A DNA stretch of 64,000 nucleotides from Octopus vulgaris (Eukaryota): assembly GCA_951406725.2 (NCBI GenBank), contig OX597836.1:7068001-7132000 (forward strand). Direction: 5' to 3'. Below are positions 33,090 through 51,377 of the stretch, piece by piece (position 1 is the stretch's first letter; every line of letters begins with the position of its first letter). The notes below the pieces were generated by a model. The model saw only the letters and a program-made list of their open reading frames with translations. It ran no database searches and was not told the origin of the DNA. Made by a program: the position numbers and the translations under genes.

Positions 33090-33420
33090 TTAAATTTCAA
33101 AGTCTTTGATAAAATCCTCACTATGATACCATGAACACTTCGAAACCATATTTCCGATCATATAAACCACTTCGAATATTATTTTAATAAGTTTAAAGTG
33201 ATTTCTTTTGTGCCGTAAACCATCTACCATTTCTATGGTGTCCGTCACTTCCCTTGATGTCCTAAGAACGGGCTTATTTGACTTAATGGTTATTCCAGCG
33301 CAGATGTATTGCTAAACGTTTCTTTAACTCATTAGCTAAATATCTTTTGAAGTGTCATAAATAGTATAGAATTTTCAATAGAAACAACATCAATTTAAGT
33401 TTCAGCTGTATTTAATTTTT
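33090..33420 (-). pseudogene. Possible heavily decayed PLE RT fragment, inverted relative to 30620-32505
   Basis: Weak motifs DIKGSDG, GLYD, IKDF in the expected order. Confidence 0.3.
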
Positions 33421-33793
33421 CTTTGGAAATAGAAAATACTCATGGCTATCTACATTGAATTCTTCTCGTTCGTTTTAGCCTCGAAAATTTTGCATTAGAA
33501 AAACATTTATTTCCAGAGTATCATTGTTCCATCTTCAGGTTGAAGTGATGTTGTCGCATGTTGCTGCTTTCTTATTTGTAGAATTGGTAGAAACGAATGC
33601 GATAAGCGTAGAACTGCATATTTTAGAATGAGGGGAAGATGGTGAAAGAAGGAAAAGAACAACAGAAGAAAAGGAAAAGACAATGAAGGTTAAAAAAAGG
33701 TAAAGGGTATAAGAGGAAGAAAAAGAAGAAGCAAAGGAGGAGAGAAGGAAGGGTGGTGAAAAGAAGAAGAAGAAGAAGAAGAAGAAGAAGAAG

Positions 33794-33824
<31 letters not shown>

Positions 33825-34423
33825 GTGCCTTCTGTGAAATAGAGAGGGGGAGAAGGAGAGTCAATCGTGTGCAACAAAACATGAGCGAGAGAGAGAGACA
33901 GGGAGAGTGTGATAGATGTTTAGTGTTGGATAAGAGAGTGTATAAGAGAGACAAGACTCAAACCAGACATTTCGAAAACGTAAACGCCACCACCGGCACC
34001 ACCACCGGCACCACCACCAGTAGCACCACCACCCAACGCCACCGCAACCATCACCGTCACCTTCATTGACAGGGTGTTGATAAGGGGAGGACTCTCGTAT
34101 GGTTTCTATTTGCCAATCTGAATCTAAATCTATTTACCGCAATTCCTTCCGGTCCCACAACATGGCGCCTTGTAGCCATTGCCGGCGGGTTAGAAAGATT
34201 GAAACCTTATAGCTAGTTATCAAGGATTGTTTGTCATGTGTCACACATCCTTCTAAATTGGTTTTATTAAATACTTAGTTCAAATTATGTCTGAATTAGT
34301 CATGGAGTTTATTTAACAATCAAAATGTACGACACGCATACAAACACACAAACACACGCAAGTCATTCGCTTTCCTTTCATCGCCGCTCTTCAACGTCCG
34401 TTTTCAAGTTTTCTCTCTCCCTG

Positions 34424-34492
<69 letters not shown>

Positions 34493-34535
34493 CTCTATCT
34501 TTCTCTATTTCTTATTCTCTCAATCTATTTATCTG

Positions 34536-34619
<84 letters not shown>

Positions 34620-34868
34620 CCTATATATCTATATATATGTTTGTCTATTTATCTGCCTATCTATCTATCTAGCTATCTACCTATCTGTCTATATATCTAT
34701 TTATCTGTCTATTATTCTATCTCTATCTATTTATCTATCTACCTGTCTATCTGCCTATCTATCTATCTATCTATCTATTTATCTATGTCTGTCTATCTAT
34801 TTATCTATCTCTATCTGTCTATCTATTTATCTATCTATCTGTCTATCTCTCTATCTACCTATCTGTCT

Positions 34869-34914
<46 letters not shown>

Positions 34915-35329
34915 GCCTATCAATCTATCTATCTATCTATCTATCTACTTCTCTGTGTTTGTGTATAAAAAGGTGTCGACGTCATCACTTTTCTTGTCAG
35001 CATCGATGTCAATGTGAAGCTGTGAAGATGTGAAGAATTGTCTCGTTAAATGATCTCTGAGTAGTTGATGCTTAATGGAAATCCTACGAATGTTATCGCC
35101 AAGCACACGCATGCGCAGTCACAGACTATAACTATGAATGTGAACAGGCTAAGATTACATAAAAACATATACATATATGTATGTAGCTCTGTATGTGTGT
35201 GTCTGTGTGTTTGTGTGTTTGCATGTATGTATATAGACACACACACACAATATATGTATACATATACATGTATAGATAGACTGAGAGATAGAGAGACAGA
35301 ATGACAGACAGACAAATACATAGATGGAC

Positions 35330-35474
<145 letters not shown>

Positions 35475-35534
35475 CATTCATACATACATACATACATACA
35501 TACATACATACATACATACATACATACATACTTT

Positions 35535-35913
35535 TCTACTCTTCTCCTCTTCTACTTGTTTCAGTCATTTTGACTGCGGCCATGCCGGAGCACCGCCTTT
35601 AGTCTAACAAATCAACCCCAGGACTTTGTAAGCCTGGTACTTATTCTATCGGACTCTTTTGCCGGACCGCTAAGTTACGGGGACGTAAACTCACCAACAT
35701 CGGTTGTCAAGCGATTGGGGGGGGGTCAAACACAGACACGCATATACACACACATACGACGGGCTTCTTTCAGTTTCTGTCTACCAAATCCACTCACAAG
35801 GCTTTGTTCGGCCCGAGGCTACAGTAGAACACACTTGCCCAAGGTGCCTCCCAGTGGGACTGAAACTGGAGCCATATGGTTGGGAAGCAATATTCTTACC
35901 ACGCACCACTCCT
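35535..35913 (-). mobile_element. SINE family A
   Basis: Reverse complement of the family A head, body and tail. Confidence 0.85.
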
Positions 35914-36035
35914 GATATTTTTTTGTATATACCTAGAACTTCATACAGGGATTCAGAGAACTGTATTTGCATCATGTAGAAGCCTAAACACCGAGACCGG
36001 AACAGCAATGGTAACCTCTACTATAAGCTAACTCG

Positions 36036-36090
<55 letters not shown>

Positions 36091-36229
36091 CCCTCTCTCT
36101 CGCTCTTGCTCTCTCACTCGCTCTCGCTCTCTCACTCGCTCTCTCTCTCTCTCACTCTTTCTCACTCCCTCTCATTCAACCATAAAATTACTATCATCAA
36201 ATTGTTTGCTAAAAACGAAACCCAACACA

Positions 36230-36520
36230 ATAGAAAATGTCTGGTCATCCCAAATGCGAAATCTGTATTAATCGTCTGACCGGCAGCACAGAGTATGAGT
36301 TAAAGTTAAGAAAGAATTTTACAGTAAAAGAAACCGCTTCGCCTATTAAGAAATTTCATTTATGCTACTAACTCTAATAGATGTAATGAACAATAGATAG
36401 AACTAACGTTGCGAAATGGAATGGCTGCTCATCGTCAACAAATTCGAGAGGCCGTTATTCGAAAATTAACCGTTAATGAGCATTTGTGTAACAAACAGTT
36501 TCCCGAATTTATACATATAA
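36230..36520 (+). pseudogene. Decayed Penelope GIY-YIG endonuclease region
   Basis: GHPKCEIC linker, NFIYA...C.EQ*IE, LTLRNGMAAHRQQIR...NEHLC. Confidence 0.65.
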
Positions 36521-37382
36521 ATTGATAAAGCCTCGACTCAATAAATTATGGCAATATATAAAAAAAGTGTATATTTGTTTCAGTCAACGGCTTTTAGCCA
36601 ACAAATATACTAAAAATTAGACGTGTAAAGGAACTATTCAAAACTGTACATTATCCAGTGACTATTGTACGGCGCCAATATTACTACAAGTATCTACTTT
36701 TGTTTTTGTTATTATTAACGAAGCTGTACAAAGTAAGTTACAACAATATTTATTTTTGAAAATCATGCAAATGTAAAACCGGTACGAAGCTGCTGTAATT
36801 AGAACTTCTAAAAAAACTTTGCGTGTATCTTCAATACACTCAAACACATACGTTTGTGTTTATGGGAAGGAGTATGTATGATGTGTTCGTAATTCGTAGT
36901 ATCTTTCTTACTGTTGTTGATTTTGTTAAGTTTCCGCTCAGTCTTGACTTAGCAGCAGGCCAATGATCAAACACGTTCCAGGCTTTAGTATTCCGCTTTC
37001 TTTTTATTTATTTATTAATTTCTTTAAGGACATAGGATATCTAGGACTGCATCACTATATTATCTAATGTATCCTTTTTTTTAAGATAGCAGGGTAGGAT
37101 TCGAAATAAACAAGCAAAAAAAAAAAAATTCGATCGCTATTTGTATCAGGTCAAACAATTGCATTGCTTAATAACTTACCGTAGAGATCTATGGGGAATA
37201 TGGCATAGAGAATATTTTTACTATAGCGTCTATCGGAAGGAAATATACCATTAAGTAGAGCTTGCTACTGACGCTGTTGTATAAAATATATTATCGATAC
37301 ATATACACATATGCATATATATACATATATATGTCTGTGTGTATAACGATATATATGTACGCATATATATGTATGTATGTAA

Positions 37383-37424
<42 letters not shown>

Positions 37425-37479
37425 GATATCAAGTATAGCTTTCTATTGGCTCCCGAAGGGATATAATAAAGCGTATAGC

Positions 37480-39660
<2,181 letters not shown>

Positions 39661-40244
39661 CTATTCTCTGATTACAACCAACATCATACGCCATCTTTAA
39701 TGCGACGTCGTTTTTAGGTAATTTTTTTTAGCTTTGATATTTTCGACAGGACCAAAACCGTCTGCCTTGCATTCTACAGACAACCATTGCACGTTTGAAG
39801 AATTTAATATCCTCTTCCATCGTAAACAACACAAGGAACCACTACGGAGTCAGTCAATCTGCAAGAAATAGCAACCATATTGTCGAAAATAATTGGATAA
39901 CAGCGGATAACAGAACAGTCATAGCTAGAACACCTTTGATCAGAGTCCTGCTCATTCAGGGCTGACCCTGAGCTAAACAACAACTAACCAACCACTGTGG
40001 GAGCTGATTATTTTCGTGCTTGAAATGCTAGAAATAACTACCAATTCTCCTCCAAATTACAAATTACTATCTATAGAAAGGAAAGTACACTTGATAATTT
40101 AGGCGTATATAAGAAACAATAGGACAGCAATGCTTGGATGCCATTGGTAGTAGGTCTACTTGATCCAGACGGCCTGACCTGGGGCTAAATAACAAGAACG
40201 CTAACAACCGTGTAAACGTTAAACATTTCCCTAATGGCATCAAT

Positions 40245-40657
40245 TTTCTTTTCTTTTACACTTTTCAGTCATTTGACTGCGGCGATGCTGGAGCACCGCC
40301 TTTAGTTGAGCAAATCGACCCCCAGGACTTATTCTTTGTAAGCCTAGTACTTATTCTATCGGGTGGTTCTTTTGCCGAACCACCAAGTTTCGGGGGCGTA
40401 AACACACCAGCATCGGTTGTCAAACGATAGTAGGGGGACGAACGCTAACACAAAGACACACACACATATATATTTATACATATTTATATACACGACGGGC
40501 TTCTTTCAGTTTCCGTCTACCAAATCCCCTCACAAGGCTTCGGTCGGCTCGAAGTCATAGCAGAAGATACTTGCCCAAGGTGCCACTCAGTAGGACTGAA
40601 CTCGGAACCATGTGGCTGGGAAGCATGCTTCTTACCACACAGCCACTCCTGTGCCTA
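40245..40657 (-). mobile_element. SINE family A, full length
   Basis: Reverse complement of the family A consensus. Confidence 0.88.
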
Positions 40658-40671
40658 TATGTATATGTCTT

Positions 40672-41015
40672 CTTTATTAGATTCAGCTAGAGGCTGAGGC
40701 CATGCTGGAGTACCGTCTTCTCTTTTCTGTACAGTTTCTGGTGAAGCAGCCCGTTGGACGAAACTGCTCTTCTCGTTGTGCCTCTGCTGCGATGTGCGTT
40801 CATCTGGTACCTCAGATAAGAATTTGTCCAGACGTTCTTTTGAACACCTCCATATCTACAACACGAAAACCTCTGGAGCTGTTGGGCCGAATGTTGAATA
40901 GTTGTGGACCCTTGAAGCAGAAACTGCTACACTATGTGTCCTTATTTTAGATGGAGAAGGCGAGATCTTTGCTACTGTTCAGTGTAGTCGAGTTTGGTGG
41001 TTGGTTTAGCTGAGA
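40672..41015 (-). mobile_element. Diverged CR1-type LINE 3' fragment
   Basis: Minus strand SFCFKGPQLFNI...RLDKFLSEVPDE, homologous to 53590-53760; tail ggtactccagcatggcctcagcctctagctgaa. Confidence 0.75.
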
Positions 41016-41277
41016 CGTATGTAAAGTTAAACGCTTTACGAACGCGAAACCCTGGATAGCTCTATAAACCCACCCAATTATTTTTATCTATATATATATA
41101 TATATATATACAATGCTCTTTCACACTCCAATAACTAGAAATACCCGGATATAGAGCACTACTCAACACCCAGCTACATAATACATAGCTCTACATCATA
41201 GCGCCTAAAAAATGTGGACAAAATTCCTTTCACGACACTCAGAAATATCCAGATGCAATACGCCTTAAGTCTTATTA

Positions 41278-41533
41278 TTGTACATTATTTACATTGTTTG
41301 TTGTCACCACAACGTTTCGACAGATGTAATTTCCAACCTTCATCAGGTGTTTTGGTGGAATTTCGAACCCAAACTTTTATTTGACTATGTTACCTGAGAT
41401 TGAACCCGGATCTTTGGGGTTAGTATCCGCGCTCTATGTTGCCTGAGATTGAACCCGGATCTTTGGGGTTAGTATCCCGCGCGGGTTTAGTATCCACTAC
41501 GCTATATGACCACTACGCTATATGACCGTGGGC
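41278..41533 (-). mobile_element. SINE family H third copy (older, internal head duplications)
   Basis: Starts gcccacgg; hammerhead cac-CTGATGA-aggttgg...gtc-GAAACGTT-gtg at about 41306-41351; tail atgtaaataatgta. Confidence 0.78.
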
Positions 41534-41639
41534 AATTGACGAGTGAATTTTAGAGCTTATAAACCTATTATTTTTGTATCTTGCCTTAATAAAAAATATA
41601 TATATGAAACAGTATTGTCGTATTGCTGTATACTAGAGA

Positions 41640-41945
41640 AAGGTTGAGTCGTTAACACGCCGAACAAAATGATTAGCAGCATTTAGTCCGCCTTTACTTT
41701 CTGAGTTCGAGCTCCACCGCGATCGACTTTACCTTTTGTCCCTTCGGGGTCGGTAAAATAAGTGTCAGTTGAGTATTGGGGTTTGATGTAATCGATTTAA
41801 CTCCTCCCCGGAAATTGATGATCCTCTACCAAAATTTGAAACCATTCTCATTATTACCACGGCGGAATTTGAACTCAGAACATAAAGACAGACGAAATAC
41901 CGCTAAGCATTTCGCCCGGCGTGCTAAAGTTTCTGCCAGCTCACA
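41640..41945. mobile_element. Family C2 SINE (+, 41640-41850) followed by a family C head (-, 41860-41945)
   Basis: Shared C head/core; tail ccaaaatttgaaaccatt. Confidence 0.7.
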
Positions 41946-42544
41946 GCCTTTCTCTGGTGTATAATACACTGGAGAACAAACCAGCGTGGTGGCCTCTGCG
42001 CAGTCATTTGATATGCTAGAAACAGTAGCTGAATTTACCTCGGATCATAGAGGGAAAAGATAGTTTAGCTATCGTCCCAGTATTGTATGTTTCCTTGTTC
42101 AACCTCTCCCCGAGCAAGGCCCAGATGCCACTTGTAGTAAAAGGCTACGGGAAAGGGAGTGGAATTAATGCCACAAGCCCTGTAAATGCATGCATGTTTA
42201 TGATAGCAAATATAAAGGGATGAATAAGATGTCTGATAAAAAGATTTAAATGAAATCAGTGAGATGATAATAAAAAAAAAAACAGATCAAAGAACTGACA
42301 GCTATAAAATACGGCCGAGGTGGCAATAAAGGAACGAATAAAATAACATATATAAAAGCGACTGGATGGTCACGGCTGGCGCGGTTTTATTGTAAGCCTA
42401 CTTTGATCATTGGCCTTTGATCGTTTCTTGAATTAAACAATAACAACTAAAGCAGCAAGGGTCTTTCATGTGGTTTCTCGACATGCTAGAAACAACAGTT
42501 AAATCTCTGTTCAGATCGAACAAACCATTACATTTTACTTTGTA

Positions 42545-42885
42545 AGTTGTCACTTGTTCCAGTTATCGGGCGGCGACCATGCTGGGGCACCACCTTGAAG
42601 GGTTTTGTCGAATAAATCGATGCTGTTATTTAATTTTTAAGGCTGGTACTTATTCCCCACCCCCATCGGTCTCGTTCATCGAACCGCTACGTTACGGGGA
42701 CGAAAACAAACCAACAGCGGCTGTCAAGTGGTGGTGAGGATTCAAACACAGCACAAGCACAAAGACACACATGCTCCTAGTGGTTAGGTCGTTGCACTCA
42801 CCATCGCGCGATCGCAGTTTCGATACCAGACTAAGCTGAGCGTTTTACCCTTGGGCAAAACACCACATTTCAAGTTACTCTGCGA
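42545..42885. mobile_element. Diverged family A 3' half (-) and family B head (+, from about 42775)
   Basis: ccatgctggggcaccacctt...gttacggggacg; tagtggttaggtcg...gtttcgatacc...ccttgggcaa. Confidence 0.6.
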
Positions 42886-42981
42886 GCATTTCGACGTTTG
42901 TCGTATGGCACATTTGTGCACCTGTACCTAGATAGACATTGCCAGTACAGAGCCGGAGATGTCGCAGTCTCAGCGCGTGTC

Positions 42982-43056
<75 letters not shown>

Positions 43057-43585
43057 GAGGAGGGAAATAGATACATCCATACATACATCCGTACGTACGT
43101 ACGCACATACACACATACGTACTACGTACGTAAGGACATACATAAGTACATACATACATACATACATACATACATACATACATACATACATACATACATA
43201 CATACATACATACATACATACATACATACATACATACATACATACATACATACATACATACATACATACATACATACATACATACATACATACATACATA
43301 CATGCACACATACATACATGTATAACGGCAGGAGATGTAGAGTTCAGTGGTTTTGACGACAGGAAAACGAAAACCACCCGTCGCCATATTGGTTAATCCC
43401 CGCTTCGGTCCTGAGTCGACGTCGATAAACGCCATTTGTAGGAGAGAGACCCGGCGAGGAAATAATACTTTACTAGCTCCAAGAGTGCAACTCCGTTTCT
43501 TAAATATATTTTTTTCTATTTCTATTATCATTTATACAAAAGATCATTTCTACCACCATAGTTATTATCATCATCAGTAGTAGTA

Positions 43586-43635
<50 letters not shown>

Positions 43636-43825
43636 TGTAGTTGTAGTAGTAGTAGTAGCAGCAGTAGTAGTAGCAGCAGCAGCAACAGTAGTATTAATAG
43701 TAGTAGTAGTAGTATCATCATCAACATCATCATCGTCATCAACATCATCATTATTATCAACATTATCACCATCATCGTTATCGTAATGATCATAATCACG
43801 ATTATAATTAATATTGTTGTTTTTA

Positions 43826-43907
<82 letters not shown>

Positions 43908-44377
43908 AATCATCATCGTCGACGTCATCATAATTATTTTTGTTGTGACTTGTTTTGGTTTTATTTTAGGGATGTTATTTTATATATATATTTTTTTTTT
44001 TTTGCTTGTTTGTTTGATGCTTTTATTGAAATCAATAAGGAGAAATTAGATTAAACTTTTTTTTTTTAAAGTCTCGAATTAAACGAAGACAACTTCAACT
44101 GTGTCGTCATCAATGTCTCAAGTGTCACCACGTGACACCGTTCCCAACACTGATCTACGTTTGCCTTGTTAAGTGACAAGAGCCACAAACGGCCAGCCAG
44201 CCAGCCAGCCTGTCAGCATGTCTGCTGTGCTGGTGAGAGAGAAATATCGCATTGGCGTTGTTGACCAATATTTTTACTTAAAAACAGCAAAAATGCCTTG
44301 GGAATGCTTTTAAATGAGCCAGAGAGATACACTTATGCATCAATGTATATGTGTACATATATGTATGTAGCCTTATA

Positions 44378-44418
<41 letters not shown>

Positions 44419-44420
<2 letters not shown>

Positions 44421-44790
44421 GTGTGGTAAGTAGCTTGCTAACCAACCACATGGTTCCGGGTTCAGTCCCACTGCGTGGTATCTTGGGCAAGTGTCTTCTG
44501 CTATAGCCCCGGGCCGACCAATGCCTTGTGAGGGGATTTGGTAGACGGAAACTGAAAGAAGCCTGTCGTATATATGTATATATATATATGTATATGTGGG
44601 TGGGTGGGTGTTTGTGTGTGTGTGTTTGTCCCCCTAGCATTGCTTGACAACCGATGCTGGTGTGTTTACGTCCCCGTCACTTAGAATAAGTACTGGGCTT
44701 ACAAAGAATAAGTCCCGGGGTCGATTTGCTCGACTAAAGGCGGTGCTCCAGTATGGCCGCAGTCAAATGACTGAAACAAGTAAAAGAGAA
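44419..44790 (+). mobile_element. SINE family A (small internal deletion)
   Basis: Aligns with 30996-31420. Confidence 0.88.
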
Positions 44791-44925
<135 letters not shown>

Positions 44926-45686
44926 AGTACTTATATAAATACGTATTTATATCAAATTACATATATATACAGAAAGAGGTAGGTATATATGTAAGAACGT
45001 ATGTATGTGTGCATGCATACATACATAAACACATACATAATACAATAATCGGTCACACATAAATATATCCAGAGATACGTGAATACATATATAAATACCT
45101 AGGCTTAAGATTACATTTGTTTCTTGATAGCAGAGGTCATCAATGATAAAATTGTTGCAGACAAGACGGTTTTCATTTTTTGTTTTTCTATGCATTGTGA
45201 TTATCAACATACGTGGTTTTCGCAAACATGAAAACGAATCGAAGAACGAATCGAAGTTTCAAAGAAAAAAAAGATTGGAATTAATATAACGACAAAAGGA
45301 GAAAAAGAGTACGCCTTCCTTATGTGTTAAAAATTGACAGAAAATACCGGACTGAGGCGCAGTTTAATATATTAAAATCGGCTTAAAGTCGTATCGAAAA
45401 AGGATTAAAACTTTTTCAAATTACTTTAAGGTATATTTTCGTTGAAAAGCTTCCGGCAAATAACTCTCGACAAAGATATATTAAAATATTGAATTCCGAA
45501 GCTATTATTCAAATATAAGACGATATTTAATTGGAATATATTTTCTGCGTAACATTGCTTACATTATTTACAACCTAAATACCATGTTATCATATTATAT
45601 TATATGAATTTATCGACTGCTCTCTTAAAATACGTCTTCAACGTATATTTAACAACAACTATATTTACAGACATGCATACACACAC

Positions 45687-45747
<61 letters not shown>

Positions 45748-46006
45748 GTTTAAACAAAAGAAGCGGCGTCTTTAAAAATGTATTGTTTTGCATTTATATA
45801 ACGCTGAATATTGCTTCTGTTTTCCTTTTTTGTTGTTTTTTTGTGTTTTTTTCTTTCAAGAATAGACTATCAATAATGTAATACTTGTGTAATGTAATAT
45901 ATACATAATAGGTTATGAATTATATACACGTTTGCGTATGCATGTATTTCATAAAAATGTATACGTGCATACATACACACACATTATGTATGTCTGTATG
46001 CATATG

Positions 46007-46038
<32 letters not shown>

Positions 46039-46418
46039 TGTATGTATGTATGTATGTATATATTATATATATATATATATATGTATTTTTTTTTTTTTTT
46101 TTTTTTATATGTGTGTGTGTGTGTATGTATACAACTGTGCGTGTGTGTGTTGCGAGTGCGTACGTGAGTGTACGGATATATTTCGAAAGGTAGAGACAGA
46201 CAGACAGACTGACATGCATAGAAAATTTTGTCTATAAAGCCACGCATGTAATATATGTATTTCAAATATACGTATAGATACGTTTATAAAAATAGTTTAT
46301 TTATATACATCTATGCCTCTGCGCATGCGTAAGAGCGTTCAAGTATGTCATGATATACGTATATAGGACTATATATATATATATATATTTGTGTATGTGT
46401 GTCTATGCAAATACATAC

Positions 46419-46486
<68 letters not shown>

Positions 46487-46547
46487 GTTACATACATATA
46501 TATATGTATAGACATATATTTATATATATATACATATACATAGATAT

Positions 46548-46613
<66 letters not shown>

Positions 46614-47121
46614 AACACATGTGTATATAATTTATATATTTATATACTTATTTCAGTAGATGCACATGTACACACATTCATATCTGTCTCTAAAACATTT
46701 ATTTATATACAATTTCCATAAAGCAATCACCGTTTAACGTTTAACATAAATATTGATTTTGGATCAGGTTGGAATAATCGCTATAGTTTGCTAATGGCCT
46801 AACGACAACCTATTCTGATGCGCTAAAACTGCAGACAATAGTGCCGCGTGTAGATAATGGACGGATGTATACAAACACGACAACTATATAATGCTCAAAA
46901 ATAGGCCCACATCACAAATATGACGCATGTGGGAATATACTGTGAAAAGCAGAATGGAAACTTAGGCGTTCGTTTCAGCAACCATTGGAGGTTGCAACCT
47001 GTTTCTATTTAATTTTTATATACTTATGTACATATACGTATGTTTGTGTTTGTGTCTGTGTCTTCTGTGTTTTGTTTTTTTTTTGTGTGTGTGTGTTTGT
47101 GTACACGCGTGTGCATCTATC

Positions 47122-47183
<62 letters not shown>

Positions 47184-47479
47184 TGGGTGTCTGTGTGCGT
47201 GGGTGTAAGTGCATATGTGCGTATATACATCTACATACGCAGACACACACATATATCTATGTGTGAATGCATGTATACAAATGAAGATGTGTAGGAATAT
47301 ATATATATATATATATAAAGGTAAGTTTCCAAATTAGGAAATTAGGTTGGTAGGGAAACATATGTGGGTGCAGAAATGGAATGACATGGCAGACAGCAGA
47401 ATAAAACTAGATATATGAATCTCTATTCTCATTGTTATTAATTTGTGTGTGTGTGTGTTTATAAATATACATACATGCG

Positions 47480-47518
<39 letters not shown>

Positions 47519-48904
47519 TCTGTGTGTGTGTGTGTGTGTAGTCAAATCAAATAAACGAACAATAAAATTGACGATAACTAACAGGAGGGAGTGCATAAGG
47601 AATGTATTAGCTTGACGCTCGGCAAAAAAGAGAGTTTTGTATGTATGTGTGTAGGTGTGAATGTATGTATGTTTATGTATGTGTGTATGTATGTGTGTAT
47701 GTATGTATGTATGTATGTATGTATGTATGTATGTATGTATGTATGTATGTATGTATGTATGTATGTATGTATGTATGTATGTATGTATGTATGTACGAAT
47801 GTATGTATGTATGTTTATATGTATGCATGTATGTATGTATGTAGGTGTGAATGTATGTTTATGTATGTGTGTATGTATGTGTGTATGTATGTATGTTTGT
47901 ATGTATGTATGCATGTATGTATGTATTTATGTATGCATGTATGTGTGTATGTATGAATGTATGCATGTATGTTTGTTTGTATGTATGTATGTGTGCATGC
48001 TTGTATTTATGTATGTATGTATGTATGTATGTATGTATGTATGTATGTATGTATGTATTTATGTATGTATTTATGTATGTATGTATGTATGTATGAATGT
48101 ATGTATGTATGTTGCATTATTGTTTTTGAAGAGGGACACTCTGATATAAAACCCGCAGTTTCAAGTGGCATCTGGTCATCTCGTTTTGGCCTGTCCCTGG
48201 GTCCCAATCACGGACCTTCAGAGGACGGTGTTTCTGCTGCACAAAGGTTTCTTACAATAATCCAGACATACAGATCTCTCTTTATGGTGACCTCATTTTT
48301 TCGTCTCACCAAATGAAAGTCGTATGGCGATAGAATAGTGGCGACTTGCGCAGGTCCAACAGGTCGGAACCGTGCAGTAAGCTACAACTTCCGTTTGTCA
48401 CCTATGCTTCAAGCACAATTCAGATCTGCAGCAGAAGTGAAGAAGGAGCTGAGAGCTCATGGGCGGAAGTATAAAAATGCCACTGACAACGAAAAAGCAT
48501 AAGAAGACGGTAATCAACTGTGAAATTGAAGCAATCACCATACATATATACATTCGCATGCAGTTTTAGACGCATTCAAAAATTTCCCGCTTCAGAATTT
48601 ATCATCTTCAAGGTTCTGGTTAATAAAGCAAATATAACACAGATACATAGCATCAACGAGAATTATGCAGGACGTTCTGTGAACATATTCAAGTAAAGAT
48701 ATAACCAACATATACATTCGCTATTGTATAGATCTAGAAAGTATCAGACATCATATCGTTGTACACATACAAATACAAGGTCTTTGAATATGTGTTGCGC
48801 ACGTGCGTGTATGTGAGTGTGTGTAGGTGTGCGTGCTTGTGTGAGTAAGAGTGAGTGCCTGCACGACACCTTTCGAAGCAAAAACGGAAATCACAGTAAG
48901 TTAC

Positions 48905-49112
48905 CATGTTTGTGTATCTGTGTTTGTCCCCCCAACATCGCTTGACAACCGATGCTGGTGTGTTTACTTCCCCGTAACTTAGCGGTTCGACAAAAGAGAC
49001 TGATGGAATAAGTACTAGGCTTACAAAGAATAATTCCTGGGGTCGATTTGCTCGACAAAAAGGCAGTGCTCCAGCATGGCCACAGTCAAATGATTGAAAC
49101 AAAAGAATAAAA
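48905..49112 (+). mobile_element. SINE family A 3' half
   Basis: gtttgtcccccaacatcgcttgacaaccgatgctgg...ccagcatggccacagtcaaatga. Confidence 0.82.
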
Positions 49113-49329
49113 GGATGCATACAAATATACATACATACATACATACATATGCACACATATATATATACATACATACATACATACATACATACATACATAC
49201 ATACATACATACATACATACATACATACGTACATACATACGTACATACATACATACATACATAAATACGTACATGCATATATACAGGCATACATACATAC
49301 ATAAATACGTACATGCATACATACATGCA

Positions 49330-49360
<31 letters not shown>

Positions 49361-49370
49361 GCACACATAT

Positions 49371-49401
<31 letters not shown>

Positions 49402-50255
49402 CATACATACATACATACATACATATGCACACATATATACATACATACATAAATACATACATACATACATACATATATACATACATGCATAAATACATAC
49501 ATACATACATACATACATACATACATACATACATACAAACATACATACATACATACATTCATACATACATACATACATACTTACATACATACATACATAT
49601 GTATATATATGTAAATATATATATGTGTATGTATCTATTTATATATGTATGCATGTATGTATGTATGTATGTATGTATGTATGTATGTATGTATGTATGT
49701 GTATGTATGTATGTATGTATGTATGTATGTATGTATGTGTGCACGCATGTATGTATGTATGTATATACATGCCTTTAAGCTCCAACAGGGGCTCATGCAT
49801 TCGAGTTTCATTCAATCATCAAACTGAAATAAAATTCTAGCAATATATGGAGGTATGTTTCTCTGTGTAAGAGAGAGAGTTTCTATGCATGTGGATAGAC
49901 AGACAGACAGACAGACACATAGACAGACAGGCAGACGGACAGACTGATAGATAGATAGACAGATAGATAGACAGATAGATATACAGACAGAAAGACATAT
50001 ATAAATATATGTATGTGCATAATATATATATATACATACACGCACACACACACACATATGACTGGTCATATTACATCGTGTCCCTATTAACCGAAATATC
50101 GGCTCAAAGAAGCGTAAACGAAGTTCCCCATGTGTGCTGTAATGGCCCCATTCTCACTCCCATATATCATTATTATCCTTCTCGACCTGATTCTATTATT
50201 CATAAACGGATCCCTATAAAATGACGTATTAAATATGTAAAAGCCAGGTATATAC

Positions 50256-50307
<52 letters not shown>

Positions 50308-50386
50308 ATAAATATGTATGTTTATGTGTTGAGCTGAGTCTATACATTTATACACACACATACGCAAGCAAACACACACATATATG

Positions 50387-50441
<55 letters not shown>

Positions 50442-50718
50442 ATTAAGGTGCGTACAGAAAAATAAATATACTTATAGGAACGTATTTTTATGTATATATA
50501 TATGCATACGTACATACATATATAGACATATATGTGTGTGTGTGTGCATGTATATGCATATATATAGACATAAATCATTCATAAAACATTATGTATGTGT
50601 TTGTGTGTGTATATATATGTGTATATGTGTATATATATATATATACATGTATGTATATATATATGTCTATGGATATATGTATCTATATATATATATATAT
50701 ATGTATTTATATATATAC

Positions 50719-50764
<46 letters not shown>

Positions 50765-51207
50765 ATGTGTGTATATATGTATGTGACTGTGTGTGTGTGT
50801 ATGTTTGTCTATGTCTGTGTGTGGTGTGTGTGTAAATTTGTGGCTGCACTAGTTGACGCATAATAATTCTGCCATTGAACATTACGTTTGAATCTACAAA
50901 ACATGTCAGCTAATAGAAAGAGCGACTGCGCGACAGACGGTTAAAATGTCATACTCATACACACACAATTCCGAGATACACACACATACACGCACACACA
51001 CAGACAATCACACGCAGACGCACGCTCGCAGAAACGCATAACAATATGAAGGTATATTCATAAATTTCTTTCACAAAGACACTATAAATACGAAAACAAA
51101 CAATCGTTTTAAAATACACCTGCACGTAAAAGCAGTCACTTGGTGTATAAGCAAATGTGTAAATATATGTATGTATGTATGTGTATATATATATATGTAT
51201 ATATATG

Positions 51208-51268
<61 letters not shown>

Positions 51269-51377
51269 GTAAACAAAGTCAAATGCGATACAATAAAATT
51301 AATTATTATCGCTGGTGTTTCTAGCACAGGCCATATATTATTCATATATATATATATATGTATCTATTTACAAGTGT

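Noticed and set aside
40738-40770. CTGGTGA...GAAAC hammerhead-like string
   Set aside because: Core mismatch, no convincing stems, and it is the antisense of CR1 coding sequence.
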